Positions 1-7,513 of a stretch of 26,319 nucleotides of DNA are shown one piece after another. Where the stretch lies: the IMG/VR virus record IMGVR_UViG_3300016722_000155, positions 1 through 26,319 of that record; one strand, written 5' to 3'. Made by a program: the position numbers and the translations under genes. Source of the DNA: a virus. Its lineage: Duplodnaviria; Caudoviricetes. A model generated the notes under the pieces. That model was not told the origin of the DNA and made no database searches. It was given only the letters and a program-made list of their open reading frames with translations. How positions within the stretch are numbered: the stretch's first letter is position 1; every line of letters begins with the position of its first letter.

Positions 1-1083
1 TCATAAAATTTCCGATATTTTTTTAGCAGCCATTGTGTCTAAATCAGAGGTTACATGTGAATAGGTATCCATGGTCTGTTGGAACGAAGAATGACCTAGG
101 CGTTCTTGTACAATCTTAAAATGGACACCGGCTTTTAATAGTAAAGTTGCGTGAGTATGCCGGAGTGAATGAAAGGTGAACCCATCAGGAAGGTTTGCTT
201 TTATTTTGTACTTCTGTGCTAACCTAGAAAGGTAATCAGGATTACGAGGTTCGCCGTTAGGACCAGGAAAAAGCAAATCGTTATCAATATAGTTAGGACT
301 GGTCATTTTTCGCTTTAAAACCAAAATACGTTGTTTCTTTATCCGTGCTAACAGAATATCATCTATTGCTATACTGCGTTTACTTGATTTGTTTTTTGTT
401 GTAGGTGATAGTACAACCTTAGTTCCTTCTCTTATAACAGTACGGTCTATGGTAATAGTCTTAACACTACTGTTTTTTGGCGGTAAATAAAGGCCAAGTA
501 ATTCTGATCTTCGCACTCCAGTAGATAAGGCGACATAAAAGATATTGTAATCTTCTTCATCATCAACTGATGCTAACAGTCTTTTGACTTCTTCAGACGT
601 AAGGGCTACAATTTCATGGGTTCTTTCTTTTTTAGGCTTTTTTATTTTGTCCATTGGGTTTTTAACTAGCAAATCATCGTTAACAGCAAGTTTTAAAGAA
701 GCTTTAAGCAGGGTATATATATATTCTACGGTTCTAGCGGATAGACCACTTTCTAGTTTGCGATTGATAAAGTCACGTAGCAGTGGAGCTGACATCTGTG
801 CAATAGTATAGGTGCCGAGTTCGCGCAGGTGTTTATTAACTATTATTATATAGTTAATGTATGTTGATACTGAAATTGTATGTTGTATGGCATCTAGCCA
901 AGCATCTAGCCACTCATCAAAAAGGATATCAGAATTATACACTTTTTCTTTTTGCTCAGATTCAAATTCTTCTAGTTTGATTTTTGCTTTTGCTTCGCTG
1001 CTACCGTAAAAGAATTTGCGTTTACCGTTAAACATCTTGGTAATACACACACGGCCGTCAGTACGTTTCTTTAATTTTGGCAT
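1..1083 (-). CDS. int: Tyrosine recombinase (phage integrase)
   Basis: Catalytic motifs TGVRRSE (R), KNKSS (K), FHSLRH (HxxR), LGH, TMDTY (Y); N-terminal arm-binding-like segment. ATG 1083 preferred over GTG 1092 because AGGAG SD lies 8 nt upstream. Confidence 0.97.
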   Translation of the reverse strand: MPKLKKRTDGRVCITKMFNGKRKFFYGSSEAKAKIKLEEFESEQKEKVYNSDILFDEWLDAWLDAIQHTISVSTYINYIIIVNKHLRELGTYTIAQMSAPLLRDFINRKLESGLSARTVEYIYTLLKASLKLAVNDDLLVKNPMDKIKKPKKERTHEIVALTSEEVKRLLASVDDEEDYNIFYVALSTGVRRSELLGLYLPPKNSSVKTITIDRTVIREGTKVVLSPTTKNKSSKRSIAIDDILLARIKKQRILVLKRKMTSPNYIDNDLLFPGPNGEPRNPDYLSRLAQKYKIKANLPDGFTFHSLRHTHATLLLKAGVHFKIVQERLGHSSFQQTMDTYSHVTSDLDTMAAKKISEIL

Positions 1084-1100
1084 AAAAATCACTCCTTTTA

Positions 1101-1111
1101 TGTGATATAAT
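1101..1111 (+). promoter_or_regulatory. Extended -10 promoter (TGTG-A-TATAAT) firing antisense to the int leader
   Basis: Perfect TRTGnTATAAT at 1101-1111; no convincing -35. Confidence 0.6.
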
Positions 1112-1115
1112 AAAA

Positions 1116-1191
1116 GGGCAGACTTGTGCCCTTAATCGTGGACTAGCTTTGCACAGACCGTTCGGCGTTGGCGCGCTGAGCGGTCATTTTT
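1116..1191 (+). ncRNA. Candidate ~75-nt antisense small RNA ending in an intrinsic terminator
   Basis: Follows the extended -10; 12-bp stem GACCGTTCGGCG/CGCTGAGCGGTC (1156-1185) with two G-U pairs valid only on the + strand, then ATTTTT. Confidence 0.5.
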
Positions 1192-1720
1192 ATAAATTAC
1201 TAGTATCTATTATGCTTAATTCGTCTAATGCTTTATTTAATGCGTCACTATAAGTGTCATCAAAAGAAGGTCGTATATTCAGAAATGACCAATCGCGACC
1301 ATCTTTTACTACTCGGTCCGCAAAGGTGTATTCACCAGTTGCAACATTCATAAGACGGATATCACATGTTATTGTTACTATTAAATCTGTTGAAAGTATC
1401 TTTTGAGCACTTCGGGGAATGTCATTATCAACAAGCAAAAATAAAACATAATCAGCACCAAGTCGTTTGCCTATTGTCTGCACATCAGTCATTTTAAGCA
1501 CATTTAGTATGTTGTGTTCCTCACGATAAATTCTTTTTTGCGTTTGTGAAACACTAAATGGGAAAACATCAAATTTCGGTAGCTTAAATATTTTGGCAAC
1601 TTTTTCAGGAACGACTTTATAAAAAATTTTATTGTTAGCAGTAGTAAACGGAGCTTCTAATAAAACAGCAATTTTTTTTACTTCCTCGGTAAACATAGCA
1701 GCACTTTTATCATCTTTCAT
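1190..1720 (-). CDS. Accessory protein with CsgG/TolB-N-like alpha/beta fold
   Basis: Pattern IGKRLGADYVL...DIRLMNVATGE resembles CsgG/LpoB/TolB-N-like domains; AAGGAG SD precedes ATG 1720; no signal peptide visible. Confidence 0.55.
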   Translation of the reverse strand: MKDDKSAAMFTEEVKKIAVLLEAPFTTANNKIFYKVVPEKVAKIFKLPKFDVFPFSVSQTQKRIYREEHNILNVLKMTDVQTIGKRLGADYVLFLLVDNDIPRSAQKILSTDLIVTITCDIRLMNVATGEYTFADRVVKDGRDWSFLNIRPSFDDTYSDALNKALDELSIIDTSNL

Positions 1721-1785
1721 TGTAAATAACACTCCTTTTTATTTGTGCCGGAGGAACTCCAGCTCATTAACATTTACAACATCAT

Positions 1786-2022
1786 TCAAATCGTTCCTAT
1801 GGAGAAGCTAATGTTTGTAGGTATGTATGTATCTCTATTCGCTTCATAAATCGTGCGTGAATTGAGTATGCATATAGGTTCATTATCTATAAATTTTTCT
1901 ACGTCCTTGATATTTTCAGGTTGTAGTTTTCTAGAGGCTTCAAAAAGAACTCCATGCTTGTCATACATTTATTGGGTAGTTTTAACTGTTTCTGAATCAA
2001 GGTACCACCATGAAGCAGTAGT
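1786..2022 (-). pseudogene. Probable gene remnant (TTASWWYLDSETVKTTQ* then MYDKHGVLFE...)
   Basis: Protein-like sequence in the same frame as the upstream gene, interrupted by TAA at 1971-1969; ATG 1968 has no SD. Confidence 0.3.
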
Positions 2023-2568
2023 TTATTTGTATTTTGCATCATTAACAACAATACGGAAGTTAGTCATGCTTGGATTTAACTTTGCCATACTTGAAAAAAT
2101 CTTTCGTTCTTGAGGCTTTATTTCCTCTGGTATTGGGATATTTTGGCTATCAATAACATTACCTTTTTTATCAAGGGCTTCATATCGCAAAGTAATAAAT
2201 TGCAAAGATCGGTCGTTTGAAACATTTTTTATGCTGCCATCGATATTGACATATCTACCTGATGGTGTTGTTTCTGCGTGAGGGTTTATTATTAATACGT
2301 CGGCTAATGGGTTGGCCTTATATTTTTTAGGAGTAGACTTACCGGAAGATTTTCCACCGGAGAGCATAGTTATCATTGCTGTAAATAAAGCTGCTAAAAC
2401 AATAAAAGCTACGACTTTGCCAGCATTAGATGGTTTTTTGTTTGGCGGTGATTTCTTGGTTTCGGACGGTTGTTCTTTGACTGGTGAGATTTCTTTTTGT
2501 TTTACACCACATTCTGGGCAGAAGGCACTGTCATCCGCTATTTCAGCACCACATTTGCTACAAAACAT
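2023..2568 (-). CDS. Zinc-ribbon / TM / FxLYD-domain membrane protein (possible superinfection exclusion)
   Basis: CSKCG...FCPECG zinc ribbon, TM VVAFIVLAALFTAMITML, C-terminal YEALDKKGNVID FxLYD-like motif; lies in the cI operon. Confidence 0.8.
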   Translation of the reverse strand: MFCSKCGAEIADDSAFCPECGVKQKEISPVKEQPSETKKSPPNKKPSNAGKVVAFIVLAALFTAMITMLSGGKSSGKSTPKKYKANPLADVLIINPHAETTPSGRYVNIDGSIKNVSNDRSLQFITLRYEALDKKGNVIDSQNIPIPEEIKPQERKIFSSMAKLNPSMTNFRIVVNDAKYK

Positions 2569-2683
2569 TATGCACCAACTTTCTGTCGTCTTCGGACGTT
2601 TTTTATTTATGCCTAATAACTTCTAAAAAATGGATGTTATAGGTGAAAAGCAGTTAAAATATTAATGGAAATTAATTCCATGA

Positions 2684-3358
2684 TTATATAAATTTTCCTC
2701 TCAATTCAACAACCTTTCCTAAAATGGTAACAGGCAATTTTTTAATATCTTCACATGTATAAAAATGAGTAGGATAAACAGCTGGATTAAAAGCTTGCAG
2801 CATAATACCGTCAGGTCGCACTATAACTTGTTTTAGGGTAGCTTCCTCGCCATTTATTAGAACAATAGCTAAACTGCCACTATCTACTGACGGCTGCTTA
2901 CGAACTATAACAACGTCATTTTCACAAATACGCGGTGTCATTGAATTCCCTTTTATTTGTAAGGCAAAAAAATCACCAGTAGCCGCTAATTCAGCGGCTA
3001 TTTCTTCATAATCAATAACATCTGTTACAGCCTCAACAGGAATTCCAGCGACAACGCGACCAAGAACTGGAATTTCAACTGCTTTTGAATTATTGTTTTC
3101 TTTGTTTTGTTCCCATGATATTGATACCGGCTGGTCACCATCAAGCAAACTAAGTAAATCATTTAAGTCAATAGACATACTGCTAGAAATTTTTTTTAAA
3201 GTTTCCAATGATGGTATAATTGGTTTTTTAGATTGAGGATTTTCATTTTTTTCTAACATGGAAATATAACCTTTGCTTAGTTTACACATTTCAGCGAAGG
3301 AATCCATGCTAAGACCGTGCGTTGCTCTATAAGAAGATATAATTTCAGCTAAAGTCAT
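2684..3358 (-). CDS. cI: CI-like repressor (XRE HTH + S24 peptidase), SOS-inducible type
   Basis: N-terminal HTH, IPVLGRVVAG with Ala-Gly cleavage site, GNSM catalytic Ser, ATLK catalytic Lys; AGGAGAGG SD. Confidence 0.95.
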   Translation of the reverse strand: MTLAEIISSYRATHGLSMDSFAEMCKLSKGYISMLEKNENPQSKKPIIPSLETLKKISSSMSIDLNDLLSLLDGDQPVSISWEQNKENNNSKAVEIPVLGRVVAGIPVEAVTDVIDYEEIAAELAATGDFFALQIKGNSMTPRICENDVVIVRKQPSVDSGSLAIVLINGEEATLKQVIVRPDGIMLQAFNPAVYPTHFYTCEDIKKLPVTILGKVVELRGKFI

Positions 3359-3394
3359 TTTATTTTACCTCTCCTAAATGTTGTTGTTTAGTTT

Positions 3395-3423
3395 ATTGTA
3401 CAAAATTAAATAGGAAAATACAA
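3395..3423 (-). promoter_or_regulatory. Leftward cI promoter (PRM-like)
   Basis: TTGTAT (3423-3418) - 17 bp - TACAAT (3400-3395). Confidence 0.7.
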
Positions 3424-3441
3424 CATTTTTGTTTAATATAC

Positions 3442-3470
3442 TTGACACCTCAAGTTTAATGTATTAAACT
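3442..3470 (+). promoter_or_regulatory. Rightward lytic promoter (PR-like)
   Basis: TTGACA (3442-3447) - 17 bp - TAAACT (3465-3470). Confidence 0.8.
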
Positions 3471-3498
3471 TGAGAAAAATAATGGAGGTGGTGACAAT

Positions 3499-3699
3499 AT
3501 GGTTTTTAAAATTAAAGAATTTAGAGAAGAAAAAAACTGGACACAAGAAAAACTTTCAGAGGAATCAGGTGTTTCGCGAACCATAATAGCAGGATTAGAA
3601 AGTGATGCTATTAAAGTAACTACGACATCAACATTGCTAAAATTATCAAAAGCTTTAAAAAAACCGGTTAATGAAATTTTTTTTGCAAATAAAGTTTAA
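3499..3699 (+). CDS. cro: Cro-like XRE HTH regulator
   Basis: 66-aa HTH (WTQEKLSEESGVSRTIIAGLE), divergent from cI, GGAGGTG SD. Confidence 0.9.
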   Translation: MVFKIKEFREEKNWTQEKLSEESGVSRTIIAGLESDAIKVTTTSTLLKLSKALKKPVNEIFFANKV

Positions 3700-3709
3700 T
3701 ATATTAAAC
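3694..3709. promoter_or_regulatory. Fourth operator, perfect palindrome overlapping the cro stop codon
   Basis: GTTTAATATATTAAAC, exact consensus of the intergenic operators. Confidence 0.8.
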
Positions 3710-3733
3710 AAAAGGGCAGAATGGAGGTTTAAC

Positions 3734-4051
3734 ATGGATGTGCCATTATCAGAACGCATTACAGTAACTATTGCCGATGCTTGTAAACTGACAAGCATTG
3801 GTCGGAAACAGCTTTGTGATTGGATAAAGGATGATATAAATTTTCCTAGTTTTAAGGTTGGCAGCAAAACCATGATAGCGGTAGAACCATTACGTCAATA
3901 TATCGCAAATAAGGCAAAAATACGTATTGGTGAACCGATTCACAATGAAAGAATTGCCGCTATTTATGCTAGGCGAGAGGCTAGAGTGGTTCAATCTAAA
4001 GAAAGGATGGCTGATGTTAATGGTAAAAGAACAGCGCTCGAAATGCGGTAG
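3734..4051 (+). CDS. xis: Excisionase-like winged-helix DNA-binding protein
   Basis: ITVTIADACKLTSIGRKQLCDWIK...FPSFKVGSKTMI resembles the HTH_17/excisionase pattern; GGAGG SD before ATG 3734. Confidence 0.75.
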   Translation: MDVPLSERITVTIADACKLTSIGRKQLCDWIKDDINFPSFKVGSKTMIAVEPLRQYIANKAKIRIGEPIHNERIAAIYARREARVVQSKERMADVNGKRTALEMR

Positions 4052-4313
4052 AGAATTAATAATACTTGCGTTTATAGCAGTGGTGCTTATGGGGTGTATG
4101 CAGCAACCTAAAACTATGTATACCAATAAGGAAGTAGTAACAGTTCATTTGGGAGATACAGTGTGGGGGATTGCTAGCAGGTATTGTGGAGACGTATATA
4201 TGTTGGAATACCTAGAAGAGCTGAAGTCATTGCCGGAAAACAAAAAAGTTTTAAAGCCAAATAGGCCACTGCAGCCGGGAGATAAGCTGACTGTATCAAT
4301 ATATATAAAATAG
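4014..4313 (+). CDS. LysM-domain lipoprotein (YneA-like architecture)
   Basis: Hydrophobic LIILAFIAVVLMG-C with lipobox-like LMGC; LysM VTVHLGDTVWGIASRY...LQPGDKL; AAAGGA SD before ATG 4014 (ATG 4020 is an alternative). Confidence 0.8.
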   Translation: MLMVKEQRSKCGRELIILAFIAVVLMGCMQQPKTMYTNKEVVTVHLGDTVWGIASRYCGDVYMLEYLEELKSLPENKKVLKPNRPLQPGDKLTVSIYIK

Positions 4314-4375
4314 AAATGTAAAAGTAAATGAAAACAAAATGTTCTGTAAGAGAATTTGAAGAACTTATAGAAACT

Positions 4376-4408
4376 CAAAAAAACATCCAGCATGTTTCAA
4401 CTGGATGT
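4376..4408 (-). terminator. Intrinsic terminator of the leftward accessory cassette
   Basis: Stem ACATCCAG/CTGGATGT (4383-4390/4401-4408) followed by a T-run on the minus strand. Confidence 0.6.
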
Positions 4409-4452
4409 GGATAGTAATATATACGCAAAAATAATGCTAATATTTCATGAAA

Positions 4453-5166
4453 TTAACATTGTTTATTAGATTCCGTTACTCCATAAGAAAATCCTAATAT
4501 CTGATCTGTAAACACGTTCAGGATACTAAAAGTGAGCTTCTGATTGGGATTAGAAAATGGCATAATGACAGCATTTTTCAACGGAATATAACAAGTATTA
4601 TTCACGACAAAAGTGTTTTTATTTTCATCGTTTTTAAGAGACTTGTAAAGACCTTTTTTAAAATTTGTATTTATAATTAAACCTACGTCTAAAGTTTCAT
4701 CATCGCTGTCTTGAATTATAACTTCACCAATAATTTCAGCAGATGATGTTAAAATCGCTATTTTTGTGTCTTTATCAAGGCTGAATTTATCACTTTTTTT
4801 TAAAATATCTATTACACCGGCAATAGCAAAAATATTTTCTGCCTTCATATCTATTCGATTTTTGATATAACTTGGAGCATCGTCTAAACTTGGAGCATCG
4901 TCTAAACTTGGAGCATCGTCTAAACTTGGAGCATTATCTAAACTTGGAGCATCGTCTAAACTTGGAGCATCATCTAAACTTGGAGCATCGTCTAAACTTG
5001 GAGCATCATCTAAACTTGGAGCATCGTCTAAACTTGGAGCATCGTCTAAACTTGGAGCATCATCTAAACTTGGAGCATCATCTAAACTTGGAGCATCGTC
5101 TAAACTTGGAGCATCGTCTAAACTTGGAGCATTATCTAAACTTGGTATATCGTTTACTTTATTCAA
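4453..5166 (-). CDS. Accessory protein: 15 x PSLD[D/N]A acidic repeat fused to a GvpU-like / Sm-like beta domain
   Basis: Open frame through the repeat; C-terminal IAILTSSAEIIGEVI...YIPLKNAVI...DQILGFSYG recalls GvpU-like proteins (tentative); TTG 5166 follows a GAGGTG SD (ORF track uses GTG 5175). Confidence 0.7.
   Translation of the reverse strand: MNKVNDIPSLDNAPSLDDAPSLDDAPSLDDAPSLDDAPSLDDAPSLDDAPSLDDAPSLDDAPSLDDAPSLDDAPSLDNAPSLDDAPSLDDAPSLDDAPSYIKNRIDMKAENIFAIAGVIDILKKSDKFSLDKDTKIAILTSSAEIIGEVIIQDSDDETLDVGLIINTNFKKGLYKSLKNDENKNTFVVNNTCYIPLKNAVIMPFSNPNQKLTFSILNVFTDQILGFSYGVTESNKQC
4869..5145. repeat. 18-bp tandem repeat, 15 full copies plus partial ends
   Basis: TTGGAGCATCGTCTAAAC x9, TTGGAGCATCATCTAAAC x4, TTGGAGCATTATCTAAAC x2; no spacers. 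Confidence 0.98.
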
Positions 5167-5239
5167 AATAATCACCTCATTCTATTTTGATGTTCTTGCA
5201 GTAATAGTGGGTTTAGACAAAATGTAAAACATTTTAACT

Positions 5240-5368
5240 TTATTTCTTTTTAGCTTGTGATAATGCACTGGCAGCTACAGCTTTACTAGTCTTACTAGCA
5301 TGGCTATTTTGTAGTATTTTGCCGGCCTTGCTTGCAACTGTTTTTGATGTTTGGCGTTTATTAATCAT
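5240..5368 (-). CDS. 42-aa basic small protein (not in ORF track): MINKRQTSKTVASKAGKILQNSHASKTSKAVAASALSQAKKK
   Basis: GGAGGTGA SD ahead of ATG 5368, TAA at 5242-5240; resembles small conserved QTS..VAS.A.K.L......K..A.SALSQ hypothetical proteins. Confidence 0.85.
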   Translation of the reverse strand: MINKRQTSKTVASKAGKILQNSHASKTSKAVAASALSQAKKK

Positions 5369-5490
5369 ATTATTCACCTCCAGTCTGTCCAAGGATATGT
5401 AGCAGTATTTTAGAATGGCAGCACATGTTGTACGAACCTATGTTCACATCACTACATATAGATGATACTGCAAGAAATGGAGGAAGTCAA

Positions 5491-5673
5491 ATGACTATAA
5501 ACTTGCAAAAAGTTAGAGATGAAAAAGGGGTTAGCAGGTATAAATTAGCAAAGGATACAGGTATAACTTACAAATCGCTTTGGAAAATTGAAAATGGTGG
5601 AGATGCTAAGATATCAACTTTAATGGTAATAGCAAATGTCCTTAAATGTAGTGTAAAAGATTTTTTTGATTAA
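5491..5673 (+). CDS. XRE-family HTH regulator
   Basis: VSRYKLAKDTGITYKSLWKIENG HTH; GGAGG SD before ATG 5491. Confidence 0.9.
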   Translation: MTINLQKVRDEKGVSRYKLAKDTGITYKSLWKIENGGDAKISTLMVIANVLKCSVKDFFD

Positions 5674-6050
5674 TGAAAGGGGTGGCTAATTTGGCGGCAT
5701 ATAACACGTGTGAAAAATGTGGTGCGCATTTAGATCCTGGCGAAAAATGCGACTGTGAATATCGCAAGGCCCTAGATATCGTATCAGGAGAACACAGAAA
5801 ACCTGTGTTTCATACGCTAAAAATACAAAAAAAGTTCTTTAACGATATAGTACGAGGATATAAAAAATTTGAGTTACGGCGCTTTGACAGAGATTTTAAA
5901 GTAGGCGACAAAATATTTCTATCAGTTTATGAAAACGATGAATGTAAAAACGTAGGGATAATAGTGAGAATAATTTATATCCTTTCCAATTGTCCACAGT
6001 TTGGATTGCATGAAGATTATTGTATTTTAGGGATTGAGGTGGAGAAATGA
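5673..6050 (+). CDS. Zn-finger + DUF3850 (ASCH/PUA-like) protein
   Basis: CEKCGAHLDPGEKCDC followed by HTLKIQKKFFNDIVRGYKKFELRRFDRDFKVGD; true start may be TTG 5691. Confidence 0.8.
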   Translation: MKGVANLAAYNTCEKCGAHLDPGEKCDCEYRKALDIVSGEHRKPVFHTLKIQKKFFNDIVRGYKKFELRRFDRDFKVGDKIFLSVYENDECKNVGIIVRIIYILSNCPQFGLHEDYCILGIEVEK

Positions 6051-6592
6051 GCATAGTAGTTAATTACTTTACTTGCCAGCAACCTATAAAGGTTGACTAT
6101 CGTATTTATGAAGATGACTTGGACAAGTCGCTTATCACTGTGGTTACAAAAAGTGTACAGCCACATCCGGATTTTCAAAAAGCCTGTTTAGCCGTTTACG
6201 AGATGATTCGCAGGTTTTGTGAATTTGATAAGTTAACAGAAAATCTAATAGGAGACTTGAATATTTATGAAGCTGAGGGTGAGCAATCATTAAAAGTAGT
6301 GGAAAGTAACGCTGAGTGGAACAAGTTAATAGTACCGCAAAAAATATCATTTCCAACTTCAGATAAAAAGGGTACAGGAATAAAGATAAATTTCATATTC
6401 AAAGTAACAGATTTTGGCGGCGAAATAAAAATGGTAACACCAACATATTGGGATGCAGATTTAACACCAGACGAAAAGGTCCAAATAGAAGTAATGAAGC
6501 AAGAAGCATTTGCCTATGCGCACAAAAACAAACAGGCACAAACAGAGCTTGAATTTAGTAAAGTACAGGATTTGGACCAGGGAGCTGATTAA
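6047..6592 (+). CDS. Hypothetical phage early protein
   Basis: 181-aa ORF, GAGGTGGAG SD, ATGA overlap with upstream gene; no motif recognised. Confidence 0.75.
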   Translation: MSIVVNYFTCQQPIKVDYRIYEDDLDKSLITVVTKSVQPHPDFQKACLAVYEMIRRFCEFDKLTENLIGDLNIYEAEGEQSLKVVESNAEWNKLIVPQKISFPTSDKKGTGIKINFIFKVTDFGGEIKMVTPTYWDADLTPDEKVQIEVMKQEAFAYAHKNKQAQTELEFSKVQDLDQGAD

Positions 6593-6901
6593 ATGGGATG
6601 GTATTTTTTGGCCATTTGCATTCTGCATCCTAGGGAACTAGAAATGGCACAAGCTGAAAGGCTTTTTTATACAGGCAATATTAATGGATTCTTGCCTAAA
6701 CATAGACTGAAAAAGATTGACTATGATTTAGAAGTTCCAAAATGGGCAAAACAAAAAGCTGCAGGAGCGACTTATCAGCAAATAGCAAATGCTGCAGGGG
6801 TTAGCGACAATACGGTTTATAGAAAGCTTCGCAATATAGGTTCTCTTAAATCAAAAGACAATCACGGAACTTTTTATCCTTCTAAAATAAAAAATGCATA
6901 G
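6593..6901 (+). CDS. HTH-containing phage protein
   Basis: C-terminal ATYQQIANAAGVSDNTVYRKL helix-turn-helix; GGGAG SD. Confidence 0.7.
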   Translation: MGWYFLAICILHPRELEMAQAERLFYTGNINGFLPKHRLKKIDYDLEVPKWAKQKAAGATYQQIANAAGVSDNTVYRKLRNIGSLKSKDNHGTFYPSKIKNA

Positions 6902-6920
6902 TAAAAAGGAGCAAAACAAG

Positions 6921-7223
6921 ATGAAAACAATATATTTTTCACACCCATATGGTGGAAAGGCAAAGAACGTACAGCTGGCGGCAGAAAAACTAAATGCATT
7001 GCATAAAATGAATCCGGGAATTTGTTATGTGTCACCACTTCATGCACTTGCCTTTATGCCATATAACGATGGTAACTATAGCAAAGGCTTGTCCTACTGT
7101 TTGGCATTATTAAAATGTTGTGACGAAATATTAGTAGGTTCTAGAGACTGGGAGGAGAGCAAAGGCTGTTGTGCAGAGGTTGCCTATGCTTATGCTGAGG
7201 GAATACCGGTGAAGTTTGTATGA
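6921..7223 (+). CDS. Nucleoside 2-deoxyribosyltransferase-like fold protein (DUF4406/DUF1937-like)
   Basis: IYFSHPY...SPLH...CLALLKCCDEI...WEESKGCCAEVAYA...GIPV; AAGGAG SD before ATG 6921. Confidence 0.75.
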   Translation: MKTIYFSHPYGGKAKNVQLAAEKLNALHKMNPGICYVSPLHALAFMPYNDGNYSKGLSYCLALLKCCDEILVGSRDWEESKGCCAEVAYAYAEGIPVKFV

Positions 7224-7513
7224 TACCCAAAAAAATAACAGTCAAGCTAAGCGGGAAAAAGCTGAAAGAATTAAATGATCGCATAGCTGAAAGAGAAAAT
7301 AATTTGTGCGCATTATGTGGTGCTTATGTAGACCAAGGAATGAAAGCGCACCATGAACCACAAGGGGCACTGAAAAGTGACGAAGAAAGCAAAATGATAC
7401 TTTTGTGTCTCATGTGTCACTATAAACGGCATAATACATCGTCGGGAGAAGAAATAAAGGCAAAGTGTAAGGCGTATTTATCTAATTTAGAAGAAGGGGT
7501 TCAAAATGAATAA
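7220..7513 (+). CDS. HNH endonuclease-like protein
   Basis: CALCG...HH...LLCLMCH...H zinc-binding HNH pattern (central Asn not canonical). Confidence 0.75.
   Translation: MIPKKITVKLSGKKLKELNDRIAERENNLCALCGAYVDQGMKAHHEPQGALKSDEESKMILLCLMCHYKRHNTSSGEEIKAKCKAYLSNLEEGVQNE

Larger units (their letters stand above)
3386..3474. promoter_or_regulatory. Three operator sites, consensus GTTTAATATATTAAAC
   Basis: GTTTAGTTTATTGTAC 3386-3401, GTTTAATATACTTGAC 3431-3446, GTTTAATGTATTAAAC 3454-3469 (inside a 26-bp palindrome 3449-3474); each overlaps a promoter box. Confidence 0.85.

Noticed and set aside
4869-5145. CRISPR array
   Set aside because: Units are head-to-tail with no unique spacers, are only 18 bp long, and no cas genes are present
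4872-5171. + strand ORF (LEHRLN)15
   Set aside because: No SD; open only because the repeat unit lacks a stop in that frame. Variants are non-synonymous here but mostly synonymous on the minus strand
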